The notes beneath the pieces were generated by a model. It saw nothing but the letters and a program-made list of their open reading frames with translations. It searched no databases and was not told the DNA's origin. From NCBI GenBank assembly GCA_050173015.1, contig JBFXLE010000004.1:200133-264132 (forward strand): DNA of 64,000 bases, in the 5' to 3' direction. This document shows, one piece after another, positions 1 through 9,444 of the stretch (positions within the stretch are counted from its first letter, which is position 1; the number at the start of each line of letters is the position of its first letter). The position numbers were made by a program, and so were the translations under genes. The DNA is from Calditrichaceae bacterium. Its GTDB lineage: Bacteria; Calditrichota; Calditrichia; Calditrichales; JBFXGD01.

Positions 1-1
1 C

Positions 2-544
2 GTCGCCAATGTTGACATCCGCAAAAAAGAAGTACCAAATATCAGCCAGATTGTCAACGCGAAAATGAAGAAAATTACGGATGACCTGAGAACGGTGCTG
101 TCTGATAATAATCTTGAAGACTATCGTGAATGGGTTGCGCAACTTACCGCGAATAATTCACCGGAAGATATTCTGGCGGCTATTCTGAAATATTCATACG
201 GAAAGCAGCTGGATTCCAGGAATTACCGTGAATTGAGACCCATTTTAAAAAACACGGAGCGGAAGAGGGGCAGAACCTTGGTGGAGGAAGAGGGGAAAAC
301 AAGGCTGTTTATCGCCAAAGGGAAAAATGGCCAGACGACGACGGCAAAACTGCTGGATTTTATCACCAGAAAAACGGGTACCCCGAAAAATCTGATAGAA
401 AACATAGAGATCTATGATGATTTCTCCTTCATCACAGTACCATTCGCCGAAGCGGAATTTATTCTGAAGAAATTCAGAAAAATTAAAGTGGGGAGAAGAT
501 CAATCGTAATGAAAGCCAAAACAGAAGGCAGAAGCAGAAGGTAA
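2..544 (+). CDS. DEAD/DEAH-box RNA helicase, C-terminal part with DbpA RNA-binding domain (5' truncated by window edge)
   Basis: Frame is open from nt 2. The RLFIAKGK...IENIEIYDDFSFITVP segment is typical of the DbpA RNA-binding domain. Confidence 0.8.
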   Translation, partial: VANVDIRKKEVPNISQIVNAKMKKITDDLRTVLSDNNLEDYREWVAQLTANNSPEDILAAILKYSYGKQLDSRNYRELRPILKNTERKRGRTLVEEEGKTRLFIAKGKNGQTTTAKLLDFITRKTGTPKNLIENIEIYDDFSFITVPFAEAEFILKKFRKIKVGRRSIVMKAKTEGRSRR

Positions 545-548
545 GTTC

Positions 549-590
549 AAAAAAGCCCAACGGGTAATGTGGAGCCGCATTGCCCGGTGG
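549..590. terminator. Hairpin between convergent helicase and nhaA; probable terminator
   Basis: Stem CGGGTAATGTGG / CCGCATTGCCCG (561-586), flanked by an A6 tract that reads as a U-tract on the minus strand. Confidence 0.45.
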
Positions 591-645
591 ATTTATGCAT
601 CCAAAGCTATAACTAAAATAAAGACGATTGCCAAAAGATATCATC

Positions 646-1729
646 TTAAGAACGAAAACTCGCGCGAAGTACAAAATAGCCGACAACGCCCGAGACAAGT
701 GAACCCAGGATAATACCCAGCCTCTCATCAAACAATAAATTAACACCCGTTTCTTCAAAGGCGAGGGAGCCGATAAACAGGCTCATGGTAAAACATACAC
801 CGCACAACAAAGCCGTACTGTACAACGACATCCAGGACATTCCGGAGGCAATCTGGTAAATTTTAGTTTAATGCAAAGCCAGCACATCCCAAAAACCCCG
901 ACCTGTTTGCCTATAAATAAGCCGAGGGCAATACCCATCGGAACTGTGTGAAAAAATTGTTCAGAACCAATATCAAGAAAACTTAATCCCGCATTTGCAA
1001 ACGCGAAGACGGGCAAGACAAAAAAAGCGACTACTGTATGAAGATCGTGCTCCAAACTTTTCAGGGGCGAATAATGAGGCTCGGTTTTAGATTTTATGGG
1101 AATAAACATAGCCACTATCACACCGGTAAGTATCGCGTGAACACCCGATTTTAACATTGCCACCCACATTATGACCCCGACCGGCAAAAACGCGCTTTTT
1201 GATTCCGTCCCGCGTTTACTTAGAAAGAAAAGCATGGATACACAAGAAGCAACGACCAAAAGGGCGTTAAATGATATAGATGCTGTGTAGAAAAGGGCTA
1301 TTATTAAAATAGCGCCTATATCATCAAATATTGCTAGCGAAGTGAGAAATACCTTAATGCCGGCAGGAACTCTTGACCCGAGCAAAGATAATATGCCCAG
1401 TGCAAAAGTAATATCGGTCGCCGCGGGAATTGCCCAGCCTTTTATGGCCACGGGATCTCCCGCGTTAAAATAAGCATAAATTAAGGCCGGTAGCAACATG
1501 CCGCCAATCGCCCCAATAAACCATCATTAATCCAGAGTAATAGTGGTTTCGCTATCTCAAACACGCCAACCCGAATTACAACGGGAGTATCAAGAAGCAA
1601 TGTGAATTAAGATTGCAGGGGTGTATTTGCCAGCAACATGGCAAGCGCAGCGGTGAACATAAGCATAATGCCGCCGGCAAATTCGAGTTTGAAAAAGCTT
1701 GCTATGAAAGATTCATTGTTATTGTTCAT
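646..1729 (-). pseudogene. nhaA: Na+/H+ antiporter NhaA pseudogene
   Basis: NhaA motifs are spread over three frames: [45 protein letters not shown]. In-frame TAA at codon 41 (1607-1609). The MAxFF..GLELKRE segment is deleted near 1515, and there is a frameshift near 840. Confidence 0.9.
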
Positions 1730-1862
1730 GGTATTCCATCCATTCCGGATATGAAAAATTCGAACAGACACTGTTTGGTAGCGCTTAGTAACACGTAATT
1801 TCTGAAATTTATCATTATTGTGTTGTTTAACTCTTAGCCGCTGTAATTAAGGGAATCGCGTC

Positions 1863-2912
1863 TTATTTTTTATCCTTAATTTTTAGATTTTTTTTACGAA
1901 TTTCCCATTTTTTCTTTGCCAGTTCCTGCATATTTACTTCAATGTCCTTCTCATCCATAATTTCTAATCCAAGCAATGTCTCGATTATATCTTCCATCGT
2001 AACCAAACCTTGCATACCACCATATTCATTGATAATCAATGCTATATGTTCTTTTTTTACAAGTAATTCTTCGAGTAGTTTTGAAATAGAAAAGTTCTCG
2101 TAAAAGACGATTATAAAACGCTTTAAATCTTTAAGTTTTAGACTGTGCTTATCATTAGCCAGTTCTTCCAGTACATCCGATTTAAGAATATATCCCGTCA
2201 CGTTATCAATACTTCCTGAATAAACAGGGATTCTGGAGTATTGCAGATATTCCTTCTGCTTTATAAAATCATCAAGAAACATTTCTTCAGGCGCCGATAG
2301 GACAACAGTGCGCGGAGTCATAATTTCACGTACATTAATCTTCCTAAGTCTGATTAAATTGTCTATAACTTTACTTTCACTTTCTTTTAGCGCGCCGTCT
2401 TTTGTGCCTATATGCGCCAAGGCGACAACTTCTTCCCTGCTAACCTTTTGGGGTTTTTTGTTTTTTGAAATAAGTTTTGTTATGAATTCAGACAAAATTA
2501 CCAACGGATAAGAAATGTAAATCATCCCTATTATTACAAAGGCCGATGGCAAAGCCAGTTTTCTCCAGAAGATAGCTCCGATGGTTTTCGGAATAATTTC
2601 CGAAAAAAACAAAATCAAAATGGTAAGAGTGGCTGAAATTACTCCAAAATAGATCTCACCAAATACGGCGACCGCCTGGGCGCCGACACCGGCCGCGCCA
2701 ATCGTATGCGCCACCGTATTGATGGTTAATATTGCCGATAGAGGCCGGTCGATTTTGTTTTTTAGATCTTTTAGATATTTGGCGGATGCCTTTCCTTCAA
2801 TTTCTTTGATTTTAATGAAAGGGGCTGAAACTGACAGAATTACAGCTTCAGCGATTGAGCAGACAAAGGATACAACCAAAGCTAAAGCTAAATAAAAAAG
2901 AAGAAGCGTCAT
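1863..2912 (-). CDS. CNNM (DUF21) + CBS domain protein (hemolysin/CorB-like)
   Basis: CSIAEA, AILTINT and EIIPKTIG motifs; tandem CBS domains (MTPR, YSRIPVY, GLVTMEDIIE). Confidence 0.9.
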   Translation of the reverse strand: MTLLLFYLALALVVSFVCSIAEAVILSVSAPFIKIKEIEGKASAKYLKDLKNKIDRPLSAILTINTVAHTIGAAGVGAQAVAVFGEIYFGVISATLTILILFFSEIIPKTIGAIFWRKLALPSAFVIIGMIYISYPLVILSEFITKLISKNKKPQKVSREEVVALAHIGTKDGALKESESKVIDNLIRLRKINVREIMTPRTVVLSAPEEMFLDDFIKQKEYLQYSRIPVYSGSIDNVTGYILKSDVLEELANDKHSLKLKDLKRFIIVFYENFSISKLLEELLVKKEHIALIINEYGGMQGLVTMEDIIETLLGLEIMDEKDIEVNMQELAKKKWEIRKKNLKIKDKK

Positions 2913-3009
2913 AATTATATATGTTCCTATGATAAAACTTTTAGAATAATTAAGTATAAAAGGGTATTATGTAGTTTTCAATACTTTTATCAGATAAGTT
3001 CTGTCAAGC

Positions 3010-3092
3010 GGAGTAACCTTATTTTATAATACAAAGGTCAAAAAAACAAAAATAAGGTGAGAAGAGTTTAGCGAATCAATTAGGCGCATAAC
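3010..3092 (-). repeat. Truncated third copy of the start of the non-coding element
   Basis: AAGGTCAAAAAAACAAAAATAAGGTGAGAAGAGTTTAGCGAAT matches 7649-7691 and 5841-5884. Confidence 0.8.
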
Positions 3093-3188
3093 GGATAAAG
3101 CTTGGTGTCGTCCGTCGATTGACAACGATTGAAATTCATGACGGCAACAACAAGGCTCCATAAAGCACGTTTTTTGGCGTAGGTTAGT
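3086..3188 (-). other. attC-like integron cassette recombination site (degenerate)
   Basis: Minus strand: TACTAAC just after the stop codon, then GTTATGC core. Imperfect arms GAGCCTTGTTGTTGCCGTC / GACGGACGACACCAAGCTT. Confidence 0.6.
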
Positions 3189-3190
3189 AT

Positions 3191-3772
3191 TTATTTTACA
3201 ATGCTTTTAAACAAAGCCCCAAATTTTGGGATATACATGGGTGTCGTTTCCTTGTATTTCAGGTAATCAACTCCAAGTCTTTTTTCGAGTTCCGGCTCTT
3301 CGATGTATTTCAATTCAAGACTGTTAAACAGTATATATAATGGTGTAAAAATTACGACAAGAGAAAAACTCTCAATCATGATACCAAGGCCGAATAAAAA
3401 TAAATACAAACCGCTAATCATCGGATTTCGTGTATAGCCATACGGTCCTGCTTTAACTATTTCCGGCGGAGGATTTATAGGTACGGGTGTCCCATTAACT
3501 TTTAAAAAACAGAAGGCGGACCAGAAGGTCAGAAAAGAACCGAAGATGATCAGAGGCGCTGATAAATATAGATTGTACGGATAGCTTAGAATTGGAGCTA
3601 TATTTAGAAATTTATCTGTTTCAACGGAAATCAGAATGAATATGAATGTAAAAACGCCAAAAATCAGCACTCCTAAAGGTGTCAGAACATTTCTGACATG
3701 TTTCGCGCTTGTAGCAGCTTTATATATGAGATTGATCCAGGAAGACTTTAATCCCATTGAACATGTTCCCAA
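3191..3772 (-). CDS. Isoprenylcysteine carboxyl methyltransferase / PEMT family membrane protein (gene cassette); ATG at 3757 is an alternative start
   Basis: GTPVP..PP, GPYGYTRNPM and EEPELEKRLG.DY..YK motifs; flanked by attC-like sites. Confidence 0.85.
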   Translation of the reverse strand: MGTCSMGLKSSWINLIYKAATSAKHVRNVLTPLGVLIFGVFTFIFILISVETDKFLNIAPILSYPYNLYLSAPLIIFGSFLTFWSAFCFLKVNGTPVPINPPPEIVKAGPYGYTRNPMISGLYLFLFGLGIMIESFSLVVIFTPLYILFNSLELKYIEEPELEKRLGVDYLKYKETTPMYIPKFGALFKSIVK

Positions 3773-3798
3773 TGTATTGATATCACTAAATTACGTAG

Positions 3799-3929
3799 GT
3801 CTAACGACCCGGCATAAGCGGCGCGCGACCAGGCGGCCGCTACTTTTGACGAAACCGCTGCTCGACCGGATTGAAAAACCGCAAAAACCGCCCGGCTGTT
3901 AACCTCCGCCTTAATGCCGTTTGTTATGG
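3799..3929 (-). other. attC site
   Basis: Minus strand: CCATAAC-aaac-GGCATTAAGGCGG ... CCGCTTATGCC-gggtc-GTTAGAC. The arms pair with two extrahelical bases, as in canonical attC. Confidence 0.85.
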
Positions 3930-4036
3930 CGCCAACCACAAAACAGCAGGGTAGCCAAACATACAAAACCCGCTGAAACCAGCCCAAAAAAACTTATACA
4001 TAAAAGATAATTTCACATAGAGCATAAGCCGGGCTT

Positions 4037-4103
4037 GCCCAACAAAGGGTTCAGATTGTGGTTTGCAAAAAACGCTCATACAATCAAACCCTATTCGTTA
4101 TAC
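4037..4103 (-). other. attC site (short)
   Basis: Minus strand: GTATAAC-gaat-AGGGTTTGATTGT ... ACAATCTGAACCCT-tt-GTTGGGC, lying immediately after the stop of the 4110 gene. Confidence 0.75.
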
Positions 4104-4109
4104 GCTCAC

Positions 4110-5096
4110 TCAATCATTTATCATTTTAATCACTTTATAGCTGAAGTTGATTAGATTTTCAAGCCCAGCTGAATAAGTAGTATGAAAATAATAAACTTTA
4201 TTATCAATTTTCATAAGTAACATCTGGTTTGCCATCATGTCCCCATCATAATAGACCACAGTTCCCAAATCTCTATAATTTTGTAAGCCATATATTCCCA
4301 TTCCGACTAAATGATTTTGCTTATCTTGATCTTCAATCCAATTAGTCATCAGCTTATACTCCGGTTGCCTGGATATGTATGAAAATGTTTTTATTGCGTC
4401 TTTTGCTGGTGAAATCAATCCACCTGCAAACCCTGTAGCCGACCAATGAAATGGCCAGGGATTTTGATAGCCGAGTGGGTAATTTCCTTTTCCGTCATCC
4501 ATTCTAAGCGACGGAGCGATATTACCAAAATACTCTTTGATAATCGTATTAAAATCCTTTTTTAAAATCTTCTCAAGGATTATTCCTAAAATATTGTAAT
4601 TTGTATTTGAATATTGAAATTTTCCCCCTGGTTGGAATTCCAGTTCTTTATCCTGATATGCTGCCTGAATAGTCTGTAATGGGGTAATTATTAGGTTGGG
4701 ATCAATTTTAATGTATTTGATATATTCTTGTATACCACTTGTGTTATATAAAAGCATTTTTAGTGTAATAGAATCGGATTTTGTATATCCATATTCTTTG
4801 GGAAACCATTTTTCAATGGTCAAATCTAAGTCTATTTTTTCTTTTAAATATATATAACTAATACACGATTTAGTGCTCGGACAAGCGAGTTTCAAATCAT
4901 TATTCTCATTAATTCTTCCAGCGGTTAAAATGGTTAAACTGTCTGTAATTTCATCATAGAATCCGAACAATAATCCGTTGTCATCATTCTGAATAAATTG
5001 TTTCATAGATATTTGAACAGAATCGAGTATGGTTTGCGGAAAAACGGAGTTGGAACTTAAAAATAAAAACAACAATAGAACTTTAAACTTTCTCAT
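4110..5096 (-). CDS. Secreted serine hydrolase / beta-lactamase-like (AmpC family) protein, gene cassette
   Basis: Signal peptide MRKFKVLLLFL; ITLKMLLYNTSGI, F.PG.KFQYSNTNY.ILG.I.EK and AGGLIS motifs. The SxxK motif is non-canonical (CPSTK). Confidence 0.75.
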   Translation of the reverse strand: MRKFKVLLLFLFLSSNSVFPQTILDSVQISMKQFIQNDDNGLLFGFYDEITDSLTILTAGRINENNDLKLACPSTKSCISYIYLKEKIDLDLTIEKWFPKEYGYTKSDSITLKMLLYNTSGIQEYIKYIKIDPNLIITPLQTIQAAYQDKELEFQPGGKFQYSNTNYNILGIILEKILKKDFNTIIKEYFGNIAPSLRMDDGKGNYPLGYQNPWPFHWSATGFAGGLISPAKDAIKTFSYISRQPEYKLMTNWIEDQDKQNHLVGMGIYGLQNYRDLGTVVYYDGDMMANQMLLMKIDNKVYYFHTTYSAGLENLINFSYKVIKMIND

Positions 5097-5131
5097 AATT
5101 TCCCCTTTTGGCGTATAGCATTTTGATTCGA

Positions 5132-5902
5132 CGTCTCTGTTAATCGTCATTTTATTCTGATATTAGAAAAATTAATCGTCGAAAACAGTTCGCTCCTCCG
5201 TTTAATAGAATAGGATTTTTTTTAGACACACCACAAATCACTAGTTGCATGTTTTCATAAATCCGGCCCGATATTGTATCCAAATAATGAGCTGACATCT
5301 ATATCAAAAAATCAACTGTCATCGTTTTCAAGGATTGAAGCAAAAAGAAAAGATTAAATAAAATCGATATAATTATAATTAAAAGAAATGTAAATTTCAA
5401 CATCTAAAAATTCACATGCTATTCTTAATTCATAACACCATTATTTTGCCGGTCCATCGGCCAATTGCCGGGAGGAGATTCCGATAATCCACTTCGTCCC
5501 TCCCTGGCAAAGGGAAAGCATCTTATTCATCTTTAATAAAGGGTAGGGGGGTGATTCTACGGTGGGTTTGGCATGAGTAATCCGCGCGTCATATACAGAT
5601 ATAAAATGAAGCTTATTAAAAATATGTAAAAATTTTTAACCCGATGTCGGGAATTTTAAATTCCGTTTGGCAATAGATTTCAACCTTAGTGGCAAAACAG
5701 CACCACACCATTCCTTTATTATTCGGCATTAATGGTTGCCGTTCAAAATCGCTAAATATTAAATGGGTGAAAGATTGTTGGATTAAGTTCGTACCCAATA
5801 AGGTAATAAGGTTTGAAAGATTGGTTGATTTTATCCTACTAAGGTTAAAAAAAACAAAAATAAGGTGCTAAGAGTTTAGCGAATCAACTTTACGCGCATA
5901 AC
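5132..5902 (-). repeat. ~0.8 kb non-coding element, copy 1 (gene-less cassette-like)
   Basis: Colinear homology with 6881-7705 in two blocks, and with 3010-3092. Starts at a GTTATGC core on the minus strand. Confidence 0.85.
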
Positions 5903-5992
5903 GTTTGACATAAGCTGTGCGTAAGTCCGATGCTTTAAAAGTTGCCATTTTATGCTCCGAAGTGTGCGTCCTACTCAATGCCATTGGTATGT
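5896..5992 (-). other. attC-like site, degenerate left arm overlapping the gene end
   Basis: Right arm GCACAGCTTATGTC-aaac-GTTATGC is clear. Left arm ACATACC-aat-GGCATTGAG is degenerate. Confidence 0.5.
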
Positions 5993-6849
5993 TTACTTTT
6001 AATGATATCAACTATATTGTATTTGTTTTTAGAGATTATTCGCCAGACATTTTCCTTGTCATAGTCAATTTCAGACTTCACAATGTTAATGCTGTTTTGA
6101 TTAGAGTCGAATGAATATTCCAGTTTTTCACTATGTGGATTTGCTTCAGCCGAGGGAAAACATTTTTCCAGGAGAAATGTTTCGTTCTTCATATTTTTAG
6201 GAAAGTAATGAATAGCTATCGTTTGATAACCTTCCTGCTGATTGTTTCCAATATAATAAAAGCTTGAGTCATTGAAAATCTTGTGATCTTCAAATTTTAT
6301 TTCACCAATTCCGGTAATATCCATTTTTGAAAACATTCTATCAATAGTATAACCATTATCGCCAACTTTAAGTAATCCGTATGCATAGCAGATTCTTTCA
6401 AAACCAAAATACTCAACAAAAATCCCTAGTTGTAGCGTATCATTCACATCCTTTATTTCTTTTAAATAAAACAATCCATCATTCACATAGTGGCTCCTGG
6501 ATCGCAAATGATTTTCTTTTACAAAATATTCAATTATCCTCGAGAATTTATCTTTTCTTAACTGAAAGTTAAAAGCAAAACTCGTATCGATACTATTATC
6601 AAAAAGAGTAAAATTACTTGAATTTTCTTTTCCTCGCGCTTGATCATGATATTTTATCACATACAATCGATAAAATAGTGAGTCGTGAGTCAAAATTGAA
6701 TTTTTTGATTCTATTTCTGGCTTGGTTTTGTTTACTTTTAACTCATTATCCTGTGAAGTGACATGAGTTTTATTCTCATCAGAAGGCTTATTTTCATTTT
6801 GTTGACAGGAAAGAAACAAAAAAAATAAAATAAGAAGGATTTTCATCAT
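5971..6849 (-). CDS. Hypothetical lipoprotein (probable gene cassette)
   Basis: MMKILLILFFLFLSC lipobox; AT-rich; followed by an attC-like site. Confidence 0.75.
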   Translation of the reverse strand: MMKILLILFFLFLSCQQNENKPSDENKTHVTSQDNELKVNKTKPEIESKNSILTHDSLFYRLYVIKYHDQARGKENSSNFTLFDNSIDTSFAFNFQLRKDKFSRIIEYFVKENHLRSRSHYVNDGLFYLKEIKDVNDTLQLGIFVEYFGFERICYAYGLLKVGDNGYTIDRMFSKMDITGIGEIKFEDHKIFNDSSFYYIGNNQQEGYQTIAIHYFPKNMKNETFLLEKCFPSAEANPHSEKLEYSFDSNQNSINIVKSEIDYDKENVWRIISKNKYNIVDIIKSKHTNGIE

Positions 6850-6880
6850 TGACCCTGTAAATATGACATATTGCGTAATT

Positions 6881-7705
6881 GTCTCTGTTAATTATCGTTT
6901 AGTATTATGTTAGAAAAAATCTTTCTAATATTAGAAAAATTAATCATCGCAAACAGTTCGCTCCTCCGTTCTACAGAATAAAAACTTTTTAAGATTCACC
7001 CCAAACCATTCTTTGTATTTGAAATCCGGAATGAGATTCTATCCAAATAATGCGCTGACATCTATATCAATAAATCAACTGTTATCGTTTTCAACGATTG
7101 AAGCAAAAATAAAGGCTTAACTAAATACGTTATTATTATAAACAAATGTCATAAAGTTTTCAACCATTAAAAAATCTTCTGCTGTATTTTAAAGAATAGC
7201 TTGTGATAAGTACAAGCACAAAGGCATTTACAGCCAGAGCTTTTGATAAGACACTTAGTTCCCGATTGACATGGTGGAAACGCCTGAGCCTCACTAAAAA
7301 AATAGGTAGGGCAGGGGGCTAATGTGATTTTGGCCCGGGTAATCCCTGACCCATTGACTGATATAAAATGATACATATCTGACGATGTCTAAATTAGTAA
7401 CCAAAAGTGGGGAATTTTAAATAATGCCACCTACCGAAAATACTTTCATTCGAGACTCTCAATCGGTAAAACCTTATTTCCTAGTCTTTAACCTTAGTAG
7501 AAAAACAGTCCCACACAATTCCTTTACGTTTTGGAATGAATGGTTGCCTTTCAAAATCGCTAAATATAAAATGGGTGAAAGATTGTTGGGTTAAGTTCGT
7601 ACCCAATAAGGTAATAAGGTTTGATCGTATGGTTGGTATTATGCTACTAAGGTCAAAAAAACAAAAATAAGGTGAGAAGAGTTTAGCGAATTAACTTTAC
7701 GCGCA
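6881..7705 (-). repeat. ~0.8 kb non-coding element, copy 2
   Basis: Shares long near-identical stretches with copy 1, e.g. AAACAGTTCGCTCCTCCGTT, GCTGACATCTATATCAA, TTCAAAATCGCTAAATAT and TTAAGTTCGTACCCAATAAGGTAATAAGGTTTGA. Confidence 0.85.
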
Positions 7706-7722
7706 GGACTTCTGTTCTTTTA

Positions 7723-9042
7723 TTATTCAGAGAAATGCGACAATACCTGTTGGATATTCGCTACAAACGGCGTGGATGAATAACGGCTGATGGTCCAGGG
7801 GTTGATGAGTCCAATGACGGAAATGATCAATGAAATCGTAAAAAATATATTGAAAACACGCTGTCTGGCCACGCGGGATATCCGGAGGCGCGGATAAAGA
7901 AAGAAAAACCACAGGGGAATAAAGGGAACAAACCAGCGGATACTGTAGCTGTCCCCCGCGTAATTGTTTGTCATCAGCAGATAATACAAAATCATGATCA
8001 GCGAGGCGGTTCCAATCACTAATGCTTCTTTGCGGAATTTGCTTTTATTTTTGATTTCCCTGATTAAAAGGGGTAACGCGATCCATAAAAATGGATTATA
8101 AAGCAGAAAACCTTTCGGCCCGATCATCATCTGCGCACTGTATTCTAAAAAAACCGGCAGCGAATTCACCGAAATACCTGATAATTCATTGGATCCGTTC
8201 CAGGGGGAACCGGGATATTCAAAATAAGAACGGTCAATCTGAGCGGGAATGATACTGCCCGTGATCAGATAGCTCAGAAGAAGGGCGGGCAGGGCGGTAA
8301 ATAGGAGTGGTATAAAATAAAACACCGCTTTTTTTCGTAAGGGTGGATTTGTCAGGATATACGCGGCGAATCCCGCGTAGAAAACAGATGTCGGAATATC
8401 CATCGCCGCGGCTAAAGCAAGAAAGAATCCGCCGTAAAACACATCTTTACTGTCAGATTCAGCATATCGCGCCCGGAGCAGAAAATAATATCCCGTCATT
8501 AGCATTGACGCGGCCAGGGAATGATTGTTAAAGGTGGATGACCATGTAAAATGAAGCGAAGCAATTCCCAGCGCCAGAGTCAGCCAGAATCGTTTCCTGT
8601 TGCTGATTCCGGTGAATCCAAGCGCGGAATAGAAGGCGGCCAATCCGATAATCCAGAATAATTTGACCGTAAATAAAGTGATCAGGTAATACGACGCGTT
8701 CCATCCATAATCAAGTCTTATTCCGAGATGATACAGCGGCCAATAAACCGCCGCGCCAAGTATCGCCGGAAGCGCCGGTTTGTCGGAATAAAAATGCCCG
8801 TTTACAAAAATTTTATCTCCCGTGTCGGAAAAAACCGAACGGTCGATGGCAAAGGTGCCATGCTCCACCAGGGACTGCACAACGGCCATGCGACTGGAAT
8901 CATTCCACGAAGCCGCTTTGGGTTTAACAGAGATGATTGAAATGAGAATCAGCAGTAAAATTAAATTGCGAAGCGCGAATTTACGGTCTGCAGATAAAGC
9001 GGGTGTATTACTTCCGGAAATAACTTGAGAAACAAAACGCAA
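7723..9042 (-). CDS. Polytopic membrane protein, possibly a GT-C fold glycosyltransferase
   Basis: About 11 hydrophobic segments; first loop SWNDSSR...FYSDKP; GFLLYNP and IRWFVP motifs. Confidence 0.6.
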   Translation of the reverse strand: MRFVSQVISGSNTPALSADRKFALRNLILLLILISIISVKPKAASWNDSSRMAVVQSLVEHGTFAIDRSVFSDTGDKIFVNGHFYSDKPALPAILGAAVYWPLYHLGIRLDYGWNASYYLITLFTVKLFWIIGLAAFYSALGFTGISNRKRFWLTLALGIASLHFTWSSTFNNHSLAASMLMTGYYFLLRARYAESDSKDVFYGGFFLALAAAMDIPTSVFYAGFAAYILTNPPLRKKAVFYFIPLLFTALPALLLSYLITGSIIPAQIDRSYFEYPGSPWNGSNELSGISVNSLPVFLEYSAQMMIGPKGFLLYNPFLWIALPLLIREIKNKSKFRKEALVIGTASLIMILYYLLMTNNYAGDSYSIRWFVPFIPLWFFFLYPRLRISRVARQRVFNIFFTISLIISVIGLINPWTISRYSSTPFVANIQQVLSHFSE

Positions 9043-9096
9043 TATTATTCTCCATATTCGGCTTTATTTGTCTGAACTCTGACCGGATGAAAGCTA

Positions 9097-9127
9097 AAGT
9101 AGGAAGTAGGAAGTAGGAAGTAAGAAG
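9097..9127. repeat. Heptamer tandem repeat (AAGTAGG)n
   Basis: Read directly from the sequence. Confidence 0.8.
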
Positions 9128-9328
9128 GTCAGGAATAATCTGTTTCCCCCTTGATCAAAGGTGGACTAAGGGGGTTGTTTCTTGACCCGAGAAAGTAAAA
9201 TGAAAAAGTGTCTGAACTGTGATTATCGGTGTTCTAATCATAGCCCGTCATTTAATCATTTCCACCCGCCAGAGGCGGGCAGGTCAGAGTTCAAACCGTT
9301 CTTCATCTTTTTTCTTTTTTCGTTTATC

Positions 9329-9444
9329 TTTTTTCTTATCCTTCCTACTTCTCAAGGCGCATGATCATGCACCCCTACAGTTTCTTGCTTCTTCCCAGGG
9401 CGCGAGCATCGCGCCCCTACTTCCTACTTCTTACTTCTTACTTC
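9329..9444. repeat. Composite GTAG-type REP pair plus heptamer repeats
   Basis: Hairpins AAGGCGCATGATCATGCACCCCTAC and AGGGCGCGAGCATCGCGCCCCTAC, then (CTTCYTA)n. Confidence 0.75.

Noticed and set aside
1607-1609. Stop-codon recoding in nhaA
   Set aside because: The codon is TAA, and the gene has two further lesions.
5616-5871. Short ORFs (60 aa on each strand) inside the duplicated element
   Set aside because: Copy 2 lacks the plus-strand start, and both frames stop at different positions. Many substitutions are non-synonymous, so there is no clear coding signal.
5132-5902. Group IIC-attC intron or decayed intI as the identity of the element
   Set aside because: No domain V/VI, no RT remnant and no tyrosine-recombinase motifs were recognisable by eye. 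Not fully excluded without a covariance-model search.
6888-6915. dif/pdif-like site (TTATGTTAGAA resembles the XerD arm; GCGCATAA at 3084 and 5894 resembles XerC)
   Set aside because: The XerC-like and XerD-like halves never occur together with a 6-nt spacer. attC geometry explains the GCGCATAAC motifs better.
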